DNA of 64,000 nucleotides. It comes from the human T2T-CHM13v2.0 reference genome, Homo sapiens. Numbering within the stretch: position 1 is the stretch's first letter; every line of letters begins with the position of its first letter. Below the pieces are notes generated by a model that saw only the letters and a list, made by a program, of their open reading frames with translations, searched no databases and was not told the origin of the DNA. The translations under genes and the position numbers were made by a program. The DNA lies in NCBI RefSeq assembly GCF_009914755.1, contig NC_060928.1; one strand, 5' to 3'. Shown piece after piece: positions 1-11,300 of the stretch.

Positions 1-222
1 GATAAGAGAATGGAAGAACCATAGTGTTTTTTTGAGACTTGGCCAGGAGTTAGTGATTCACATCATTTCCACTCATTTTTTGATTAATAAGAACTGGTCA
101 AAGGAGATACCTAGATGCAAATTGGGGTTGGGGGTGGGATTAGGGGTCCTGGGAAATGTAGTATGGCAGGGACACCGGTACACAAGGGGACTTTTAGAGG
201 CCAACTAGTCATCTTTGTCCCA
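1..222 (-). mobile_element. Old MaLR LTR fragment (MLT1 family), cut by window edge
   Basis: MLT1-like motifs CATCATTTCCACTCATT, CCTAGATGCAA, GGGAAATGTAGT; heavily diverged. Confidence 0.55.
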
Positions 223-489
223 GGCCATAAGCAGAACCTTCAGCAAACAAAACCCAAGAGGTAGTGAGATGAACAGTGGTGAGTGAGTTAGAAATGGACA
301 TTCACTTAACAAGCAGACACAGAAATATTGAGTGAGCCTTCTCAGCCTAACCTTTAAATATTGGTGTTTGAAGAGTCCCCTCCTAGCTTGCTTTCTGCTT
401 AGAGCAGAGTTATTACATGCTTATATGCATTAATCTGGGGAAATTATCAAAGAATTTTGTGACTTGACCAAGCTTAGGAACCACTACTT

Positions 490-1092
490 TAAAGTCCCCA
501 AGCAACACTGTCCACTTTTATGGCTTTGATTACACTTTTCACAGTGATGACTCCAGCATCTGTCTCTCCAGTACAGATTCTCTCTTGAGCTCCAGTCTGG
601 TACACATAGTAATATTGAATAGTACCACTCTGGTATCTCATAAACACAAACAACTCTGTATCCCCACACTGAATTCATCACTCTCTCTCATTATGCCTGC
701 TCCCCTTGTATCTTCCATTACAGTGAACAGCACTACTATTCAGCCAGATGCTCAGAAAGGAAGCTTGGGACTCGCTCCTGAATCCCCTTTCATTCTCCCC
801 GCTCAAATAATTGATCACGACTAGAGCTGAAGTTCTATGGCTGGAATCTACCCGTGTGTCTCCAGGCCGACTGCAAGTATCATAACCCAGCCTTTCTCAC
901 CTAGGTTTTCACTGGAGCCTCGTAACTACTTCTGTTGCTGTTTATTCTTCACATTTTAGACAATGTGATCACTCTGCAGTAAATACATTACTAAATCACA
1001 TACCCAGTTTAAAACAGTTTTTTTTCATTATTACTTCCAGAAAAAGTCCTATTCTCCTTAACATAGCCTGTGAGACTCTTCTCAGCCAGCTT
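490..1092 (+). mobile_element. L2 LINE 3' region, first part
   Basis: GATGACTCCAGCATCTGTCTCTCCAG...GAGCTCCAGTCT and CAGCCAGATGCTCAG...CTTGGGACTC follow the recalled L2 3' consensus colinearly. Confidence 0.7.
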
Positions 1093-1094
1093 CC

Positions 1095-1570
1095 ATTCAG
1101 GCAAACAGATTCCACATAAAGTAATCCAAAGGGGCAAACAGTTACAAAGAAGTTAAAAGAAAAGAGCAAACCATAATAAAGAGGCTGGAAGAAATTAAGA
1201 GAAACACAAGGGATCCTGAGTCAAACAGAAGTGCACAACAGGAAGAAGGCATTACCCCTCTAGGTTGGTGTGAGAAAAGAGCATGCGATGTTACCAGAAC
1301 CCAAAGTCAGGGATTACTGGCAGAAGTGGGAACTTGCCTGTTAGGAGGAGGGATTAGGGATGAGGAGAGCCTGGTGGTAGCTGGAATTGTGGAGAAGATG
1401 CAGCCTCTGCTGAGAAAGGGAAGCAAAACACCTTGGCTTCTCCTCTCCTGTCCTATAGTCTCAGGTGAGCACCCTCATCTCTGAACATAACTGCAAGCCA
1501 GCTGGTGGGGAAACCTGAGTAATGTATGTTGCAGAACACAAGAAGGTTGGGAAATGAATGTGCACAAAGC
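1095..1570. mobile_element. Probable ancient LTR interrupting the L2
   Basis: Purine-rich block splitting two colinear L2 halves; family not resolved. Confidence 0.4.
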
Positions 1571-1574
1571 TTCA

Positions 1575-2085
1575 AATTCTGCCCCTTGCTTCCCTTTGTA
1601 GCCTCAGCCCTGGACACTGCTCCTTCTCTTGCATGCTCTAGACCTCACCTGACAGGCCTCATTTCAGTTCCTTAGTGCACTCTTTCTGGCTTCTCTGTGC
1701 TTGTGCACCCTGTAACCCCTAATTAGTGGGTTAGAGAAATCACCCTTTTGTCTTCTCTCACTTGCCTGAGTATCTCCTAACTGTGCTTTGGGTCTCAGCT
1801 TGGATATCACTCTTTTGGAAAGTCAGTTTTGGTCCCTGTAACTGGATTAGGTACCCAGGACATGAGCTCTTAATAACCTGTAAATCCCCATCATAGCATT
1901 TATTTTAACACTTCAAAGAATAATATAAAAATAGATTAGTCTTCTATTCACTTGTCATAATAAATTCTAGTGCGATCAAGGAAAGAGTTCCCTACCTGCT
2001 AGTTACCATCATATGCCCAGTCTCTGGCAATAGGAGGAGTTCACCAAGTATCAACTAACTGAGTAGTGTGGATCAATACATGAAG
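1575..2085 (+). mobile_element. L2 LINE 3' end, second part
   Basis: GGTCTCAGCTTGGATATCACT...ATCATATGCCCAGTCTCTGGCAATAG resembles the L2 terminus. Confidence 0.6.
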
Positions 2086-2893
2086 GCATGTGAGTGGAAA
2101 CAGCGGTGGTCAAAGAGGAGCAGTGCAAGTCTCTGCTCAAGGGGGATTCTATGAATTACTGTTAGGACTATTCTTAGATTCTGAAAGACAAAAGATATTG
2201 TTCAAATTTTCCATGATATCCAAATGTATGATTGCTACTTTGGCTTTAATGCTAACTTATTTACCTCTACTCTTACAAGAATTTCCTGGCTCCTTCACTT
2301 AGCCAGCACACATCATACTATATGAAATAGGAGAAGGATAAAGACACAGAAACCAGGAGCCTGGCAAAATGGCTATTATATCAGTCTAAGTGGAGGTTAT
2401 AGGAGAAGTAAATTAAGTATGAGAAAAGAGAAATCATGGGGATATCATTTAAACCTGAAAATAGTTTAATTTAGATATAATTATGTAAAAAACTAATCAT
2501 AAAAGGCTACCTGCGAAACTATTAGCAGAATTTATTACAATCGGGTTTGGATATCTCTTTTTTTTAACAATAAAGAAAATACAATGCAAATAATAACTTC
2601 TCATTTGGACTTTTGAGAAAACAACAAAAAGGTAGGCAGAAGAAAATGCTAAAACCAAACCATAGGATAAAGAACACAGAGTTACTAAGATATTTTTTAA
2701 AATAAAATATATAACTCAAATTACAAATAAGAGTCACTACGGTTTGCTTTTACTTATTATTTCCTTATCTTTGGGTCAACCCTCACTCACAAGTAATTCA
2801 ATTGGTGTCTCTGTCCTTATCTTTCTTCTCTTATTTTCACATAATATTTTTGCTACCAGAAGCCGAGACAACTATCCTATGAAATATTATTTG

Positions 2894-2925
2894 ACTCTTC
2901 ATTATGATAACTCTTCATTATGATA
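2894..2925. repeat. Perfect 16-bp tandem duplication
   Basis: ACTCTTCATTATGATA twice, read directly. Confidence 0.95.
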
Positions 2926-4047
2926 ATCTATTTTTTACAGTTTATTTCCATTTTAGTTAGCAGATACTTTATTTCTTATTAACATACATTTGTTCTTGCC
3001 TGTGATTTTGTATTGCTAATTCCTGCTACACAGATTTAAGGTGAAACATTTTAGGATTTCTAGTATGACTAACTTCGTATGTGAATGTGCTATGCTAGTA
3101 ATCTTTGCTTCTATGTTGGAGGGGGTTTCAATTACTCCTATCTATGAGCAGACCATCTTCTAGAGTAGTCCATGGAGAATATTCCCTGATATACAATGCA
3201 CTCTACTGATGGGTGTTTCTTGTCTCCATACTACAGTTATTAACCTGAGCAGCTAGAGATGAAATCTCTAAATCTGTAATAAAACACTGCCTCACTACAT
3301 CTTTGCCTACTATCTGTTGGTTTAATACAATCTCAACATTAAATAAAGAAGTAAAGTAAAATTGAAGTAGAATTTTCTATAAGCATCATTTGTTAATAAA
3401 AGATTATTGAATTAAGTCATAAAAAAGCAACAAAACTTTGGTACAAAATAGTGCTTTTTTATGTTCTTTAACAAATGCTTCTTGAGCAAATTCATCATTA
3501 AATCTGACCTTGTGAAAAAGAATATTTGAAATCAATAACAAGTGTGCATTAACATATAAACTGGTGATTTTCTTATTCAAATGTAACATATGCAATTATT
3601 GTGCTTGTAAAACACTTGAACCATTTGAAACTGACTTTATGAAAAATAAACTAGGTCTTCAAACAAGAGAAAGTAACTTCAGAAATAAAGGTTAAGGTCA
3701 GCTGGCATGATTTCCCAGGAAAGAATTATTATATCTCTGTTACCTTTTCACCCAATTGCCCACACTGTTGCCCACAAAGCAATTGTGTAGCCCAGAAAAC
3801 CAATAACAAATAAAATATAACCACAAGAGTTCATAGCTAGAGTTCCCAGTTGAAGAAAAGTTCTATTAAAGAAGCTGATTTTATGATGCTCTGTGAGTGA
3901 GAGAACATACATTTTCCAAATACATACATGGCAGTGCTGCCTGAAAATTCTGGCTGGATGGAACCGAGAGACAGTTTTATTTAATAGAGATAAATAAACT
4001 TACCTCACTGAGTTGCTGTGAGAATAAAATAAAATATAAACAATACC

Positions 4048-4433
4048 TGTTATGGGTTAAATTTTGTTCCCCCAAAATGTGATCTTACTTGGAAATAAGA
4101 TTGTTGCAGATGTAATTAGTTAAGATGAAGTTATACGGGAGTAAGTAGATCTCCTAATCCGGTATGCCTGGGGTGTCCTCACAAAAAGGCAGATAAAGGC
4201 AGAGAGTGTCTTCATCTTCTAGCAGCCAAGGAACACAAAAGATTGCCAGGAAACTGTCAAAAGCTAAGTGGCAAACATGGAACAAATCCTTCCTCACAGC
4301 CCTAAAAAGGAACCAATGCTATACCACCTTGATTTTGGACTTCTAACATTCAGAACTGTGAGACAAGACATTTCTGTGGTTTAAGCCCCCCAGTTTGTGG
4401 TACTTTGTTATGGCAACCTGAAAAACTAATACA
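4048..4433 (+). mobile_element. MLT1C-like MaLR solo LTR next to a MIR remnant
   Basis: TGTTATGGGTTAAATT start, AACTAATACA end, internal CCTTGATTTTGGACTTCT and CCCAGTTTGTGGTACTTTGTTATGGCA; MIR core TACCTCACTGAGTTGCTGTGAGAATAAA just upstream. Confidence 0.85.
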
Positions 4434-5952
4434 GTCCCTGAGTGATAGCACACTGTGGGAATTAAACTCATGCTAGTGGGTCAGTGAGATCGTCATGTGA
4501 ACACATTTGTATTAAAAAAGGGATGCAGTAGCATATCAAGTGCTGTAGTCAAAGTTTCATAGGAGTTTTGAGGGCTAGAATTGCAAATCTCTATTCTAGT
4601 TTTTCAGAAGCTAAAGGAGAACAAAACAGGAATCTGAGCTCCAAGGAACTGGGGTATTTGGCAGGACCCTAGCAAAGGACTCATAGGGATTCAATTGTTC
4701 ATTCAATTGACAAGAAAGACCTTTGGTCACAAAGAATAAAACAATTTAGGTCAAATCAGGCATTTAACATTTATTGAGTATCTATACATTCAAGCATGAG
4801 ATATAGAGGGCAAAATAGTAAGTACTCATGCATTTTGTGGTCAAGAGCTAAGAGTTTTGGTGGGAGAAAGTCATTTAAAAAAATCTATCAGGGGATATGA
4901 AGTAGAAATGACTGGTAATAAGTAAAACAATTCCAGATATACTGGGGATTAAGATGAGGCATAAAACTGTATATATGCATTGTTTATCATTGTCAGCATA
5001 AAGTTGTGCTTAGCCACTAAAGTACTTTCTGGGCTCCTTACAGAGCAACTTTGTTGTTTGGGCTAAATAGCGAAATTGTACATAAATGAGATCAATGAGT
5101 AAGTCATTACAATATTACTTCTCCAGGGTTTTCTATGCGCCTGACATTTAAGGCACAAGTGTTTTGGGTGGATCATTTATTTGTTTCTGCCAAATACCTG
5201 CATCTTTATTGTAAGTGCAAAAATTATTTATGCAGGCCTAAAGTTTATATATTTTTGCTTGCTAGTGACCTTTCTTAAAAATTCTACAGAGAAAGAGTCT
5301 CCTCTAGGCTGTATTCAAAAATCCTCTTCCCTAAAGTCATGTTAACAAGATAGTGAAATAGAAGACACCCCAGCACCAGTTCCCCAACAAAAGTACAACT
5401 AGAAACTATTCAAAGACAAGAATACCTCCCCAAATTCACCAGAACTTGGGGAAGAAGCATGTAAATTCCACGGACCCACAGAATCAAGAGAAGATGCAAC
5501 AAGAAACGGTTATTTTAGACTACCACCCTCTCCCCTAGTGAGTATAAAGGTACACACATAGAATTTCATAGATCTAAGTTTTCCAAGGTGGGAGGAGGGA
5601 ATCGTATGTAGATGTTTCACCTACCCACTAGTCTGAGAATCTTCATGGGAAGTCAACTGCTGTCCCATTTTATGGGAATTCTTGGGAATGCCAGGAAGAC
5701 CGATCACCTGGGGTGAATCAGGAACACTGCAGTGACAGGTGCACAGTTCTTGGTGGCTGCTAACTTTATGTTCCAATCAGTAGGGTTACCAGGCTAAGGA
5801 GACTGCCTGGTGATATAGCAATTCAAGGGACAGGATCTGCAGAAAGGCCTGAATCCCTGGCTGTAGTTCCAACAAAGCCCTGGTGCTCCCACAGAGCCCT
5901 TTCCTGACTCAGAAACAACTAAAAGGCAGCTACTCAGTTCCAGTGCTTGCTT

Positions 5953-6162
5953 AAGTCTTCCCCAGACTGGGAAACACCAGCAGAGTAGTGATATAGCTCC
6001 AGTACAGCATTTAAGTTCCTATGCTCACTACAAGTCTTTCTCAGGCTGAGAAACAATTGCAGAGCAGTGATTTAGTTTCAGTGAAGTGTTTTTCATTTTG
6101 GTGCTCACAATAAGTCCTCCTCAGAATGAGAATCAATAGCAAGTCAATAATTAAGTTTCAAT
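5953..6162 (+). repeat. Degenerate ~80-bp tandem array in the L1 5'UTR
   Basis: AAGTC(T/C)..CAG..TG.GAA.CA units start at 5953, 6032 and 6112. Confidence 0.75.
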
Positions 6163-7014
6163 ATTAAATAGTAAAGGTCTAACACCACCAAATAACAGCA
6201 CATAAAATATCTGGAAGAGGTGGCCTTCTCCTAACATGTTCAGGCATCAGAATAAAAATGCAAGAACTGTAAAAACTCAGAGAAATATGACATCACCAAA
6301 AGAAATACACACAGCTCCAGTAATGGATCCAGGATAACCAAAGATCTATAAAATGCTTGAAAAATAATTCATAATAATTCTCCTAAAGAAGTACAAGTAA
6401 TCAAAAGAAAATACACATATAAGTAAATCACATTTGGAAAATAATCTAGGAACAAAATGAAACAATGGACAAAGAAATAGAAACAAAAAAGTAGAAAATC
6501 TAGGAATAAACAATACAATAACCAAACTGAAAAAAAACTTGTTAGAAAACTTCAAAGCATAATCAAACAGAGCAAAGAAACAGAAAGCTCAAAGATGAAC
6601 TATATTAAATTACCCAATCAGAGTAGCAGAAAGGAGAACAAAAAAGAGAAAAGAAAACCTGATACCATCAAGCAAACTAACGTTCATATAATAAAAGTTC
6701 CCAAAAAACACAAAAGAGAAAAAATGCCCAGAATACATATTTAAGAAAATGATGGCTGAAAATGTCCCAAATCTGGAGAAAGGTGACAGCATTCAGATAT
6801 AGGACACTTAGAGGTAAGCAGTGAAATTCAGCCCATAGAAGAATTCACCAAGATACATCATAATTAAAGTATCAACACTAAAAGACAAAGACAAAATACA
6901 TAAACCTTCAAGAATAAAGAAACATATCACATTCAGTGAAGGCCCAGTACAGTTTTTAGCATATTTCTCAGCAGAAACTCTGCAGGCTAAGTGGGAGTAG
7001 AATGATTTATTCAA

Positions 7015-8300
7015 GGCTGACAAAAACATACAATGGGGAAAGGACACCCCAGTCAACAAATGGTGCTGGAAAAATTGAAATACTATATGTAGAAGAATGA
7101 AACTGAACCTCTATATTTCACTATATACCAAAATAAACTACATATGGATTAAAGATCTAAGTGGAAGACCTGCCATTATAAAAATACCAGCAAAAAGAAA
7201 CCAGGAAAAACTCTTTTGCACATTGGTCTAGGCAAAGAATTCATGACTAAGACCTCAAAAGCAAATGCAACTAAAACAAAAATGCTCATAGGACTTAATT
7301 AAACTAAAAAAGCTTTTGCACAGCAACAGAAATAATTAAGAGTGTACAGACATCCTGTAGAATGAAACAAAATATTTGCAAACTATGTATCTAACAAATG
7401 GCTACTATGCAAAGTCTACAAGGAAGGCAAACAACTAAACAACAGCAGCAAAAATAAAAGCAATTCACCGCATTAAAAAGTGGACAAAGGACATGAACAA
7501 ATATTTTTCAAAAGAAAGCATACAAATAGCCAGGAAGCATATGAAAAAGTGTTCAACATTACTAAGCATCAAAGGAATGCAAATTAAAACCACAATATGA
7601 TACCGTTTTATACCAGTCAGTATGGCTATTATTAAAAATCATAAAATAACAGGTATTGTTGAGGATATGAAGAAATGTAACATGTTTACACTGTTGGTGG
7701 GATGTAAATTAGTTAAACTTCCATGGAAAAAAGTATGGAGATTTCTCAGAGAACTAAAAATAGATTTCCCATTCAATCCAGCAATCCCACTACTGGGTAT
7801 ATACCCAAAGGAAAAAAACGAATTATTCTTTCAAGAAGATACCTGCACTGGTATGCTTATTGTAACACTCTTCACAATAGCAAAGATATGGAATCAACCT
7901 AAGTGCCAATCAAGAGATGAGTGGATAAGGAAATGTGGTGTATATATACCATGGAATACTATTTAACCATAAAAATGAATGAAATCATGTCTTTTAAAGC
8001 AACATGTATGGAAACGGAGGCTATTATCTTAAGTACATAACTCAGAAACAGAAAGTTAATTACCACATGTTATTATTTGCAAGTGGAAGCTAAATAATGT
8101 GTACTCATGGACATATAGAGTGGATTAATAGACATTGGAGACTTGGAAGGGTGAGAGGATGGGAGGAGGTTGGGTGATGAGAAATGAATGAGGACAATGT
8201 GCACTCTTTTTGTAATAACTACACTAAAAACTCAGACTTCACCACTATACATCTATGTAACAAAGCAGCACTTGTACCCCATAAATATATTTTTTAAAAA
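7015..8300 (+). mobile_element. 5'-truncated L1PB3/4-like element nested in ORF1 of the host L1
   Basis: Jumps from ORF1 to late ORF2 (CAATGGGGAAAGGACACCC), has L1PB-type 3'UTR (ACTCAGACTTCACCACTAT...CACTTGTACCCC); host ORF1 resumes at AAGTGCTGA. Confidence 0.85.
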
Positions 8301-11300
8301 TTAAGTGCTGATGGAAAAAAAACAAAAACAAAACATCTATGTAAGCTGATAATACTGTAACCAGCAAATCTATCCTTTGAACATAAAGGAGAAATGAAGA
8401 TTATTCCAGACAAATAAAAGCTGAAGGAATTCATCAACACCAGACATGTCTTACAACAAATGCTAAAAGGAGTTTTTCAATCTGAAAGAAAATGATGTAA
8501 CATATAGCAAAAAATGTAAAAGAAAAAAGAGAAAGGAACATATAAAAATCACAAGTGAAAGTAAGAATACAGGCAAATTTAGAACATTTAAGTACTGTGA
8601 TTGTTTTATGAAAATTACTTAGATCTTAACCATGAAGACTAAAAGACAACTTATTATTGAAGACAATAATAAGTACAAGGGTTTAAGAGGCAATATAAAA
8701 TGATGTAAACTGAAACATCAAAAGGCCATATTTTGGGAAGGGAATGGTGTTAAAGTGTAGAGTTTGTTTTTATTACATTTATTATCTTTGCAGTCAAAGC
8801 TAAGTGGTTATCAATTAAAAATAATTTATTACAACTATTATTTGTTTTTTAAAAGCTTCATGGTAACCATAAGCAAAAAAAGTAATAAATACACTAAAAA
8901 TGAATAGCAGCGAATCAAAACATACTACTAGAGAAAATCAATCACAAAAGAAGACAATAAGAGATAAATAAAAGAAGGATTTACAAAACAACCAAAAACA
9001 ATAATAAAATGGCTGTAGTAAACCCTTATCTATTAATATTAACCTTGAATGTAAATGGATTAAATTATCCAATTAAAAGACAGAGTAGCTGAATGGATGA
9101 AAAAACAAGATCCAGATACGTGCTATCTATTAGAAACTTATTTGTCCTATAAAGAAACACACAGACTGAAAGTAAGGGAATGGAAAAACATATTCCAATC
9201 AAATTAAAGCCAAAAAATAGCACGAGTAGCTATACTTATATCAGATAGAATAGACGTTTGGTCAAGAATGGTTTAAAAATATTGATAAAAGAGTTAATAA
9301 AACAAGAAGATAGAACAATTATAAATATATGCACCTAACACAGGAGCACCTAATGTGTAATATTAACAGATCTAAAGGGAGATGTTGACTGTAATACTAT
9401 ATAGTGGGGGACCTCAACACCCTATTTTCAACAATGGACAGATCATCCAGGTAGAAAATCAACAAAGAATCATCAAACTCAACCTGTACGCCAGACAAAA
9501 TGGGCCTAATAGGCATTTACAGAAAAATCCATCCAACAACTACAGAATACGTATTTTTCTCGATAGTACATGGAACAGTCTCCAGGATACACCATCTGTC
9601 AGGTCACAAAACAAGTCTTAACAATTTTTTAAAAATTCAAAACATATTAAGGAGCTTTTAAAAACACAATGGAATAAAACTGTAAATAAAAATACAAATC
9701 AGTAACAGAAGGAGCATTGGAAAGAAATTTACGAAAATTAAACAAGATGCTCCTGAACAACAAATGGATCCATGAAAAAACTGAAAAAAAAAAGTTTATT
9801 GAGATAAATGAAAGTGGAGACACACCATTTCAAAACCTCTGGGATACAGAAAAACCATTATAAAAGGGAAGTTTTACTAATAAATGAATACCACAAAAAG
9901 TAAAAAGATCTTATATGAATAATCTAATGTTATACCTTAAAGAACTAGAAAAATAAGAACAAAGTAAATCCCATATTAGTAGAAGGAAAAAAATAAAGAT
10001 CAGGCAGAAATTTTTAAAAAATGGAAATTAAGAATACAAAAGATCAATAAAATAAAGAGCTTTTTTTTGGAAAGAAAAAAATCAACAAGCAAATAATCTG
10101 ATTTATAAATGAACAAAAGCCCCGAAGATACATTTCTCAAAAGAAAATATATAAATGGCCAGTAGTTATGTGACAAAACCTTTAGCTAGACTAAGAAAAA
10201 AAGAGAGAAGATTCAAATAAATAAAATCAGAGATGAAAAGGAGATACTACAACTGATACAACTGAAATACAAAATATCATAAATGACTATTATAAACAAT
10301 ATACACCAAAAAACTGAAAATATAGAAGTAATGAATAAATTCCTGCGCACATAAAACCTACCAAAGTGAATCATGAAGAAATAGAAAATGTGAGCAGACC
10401 AATAATAAGTAACGAGATTAAAGCACAATAAAGGCTCTCTCATCAAAGAAAAGTCCAGGACCTGATGGCTTCACTGCTGAATTCTACTAAACATTTATAC
10501 AAGAACAAATATCAATTCTTCCCAGACTCTTCAAAAATGCTGATGAGGAGATAATACATCAAAAATCATTTTACGAGGCCAGCATTGCCCCTGATACCAA
10601 AAACAGAAAAGGACACACACGAAAGAAAACTACAGGCAAGCATTCCTGATAAACATGGATGCAAAAATCTTAAAAAAATAGTAGCATACTGAATTCAACA
10701 ACCTATTAAAAAGATAATTCACCATAATCATTTGGGATTCATCTGAGGGATGCAAGGATGGTTTAATATACACAAATCTATAAATATAATACATTAACAG
10801 AATCAAGGACAAAAACCATATGATCATTTAAATAGATGGAGAAAAAGCATTTGATAAAATTCAGTATGTCTTTAATGTCTTTATGATAAAAGCTCTTAAC
10901 AAATTAGGTGTATAAGAAATATATCTTACCATAATCAACACCATGTATGACAAAATGACAGCTAACATCATACTGAATAGGAAAAATTTTAATGGTTTTT
11001 CTCCCAAGAATGGAACAAGACGAGGATTTTCACTTTTACTACATTCAGCATGCTACTGGAAATTCTTACTGGAGCAATTAGTCAAGAGAAAGAAATATTG
11101 AGAAAAATAAGTCTAACTGTTCCAGTTTGCAGACAAAATGATCACACATATAGGAAATCCCAAAGACTTCTTTAGAACTAATCAATAAATTCAGTAAAGT
11201 TGCAGGATACAAAATCAATATATAAAAATCAGTAGCATCTTTAAATGCCAATAATAAACTATCTAAAGAGAAAAATCAAGAAAGCAAACCCATTTATAAT

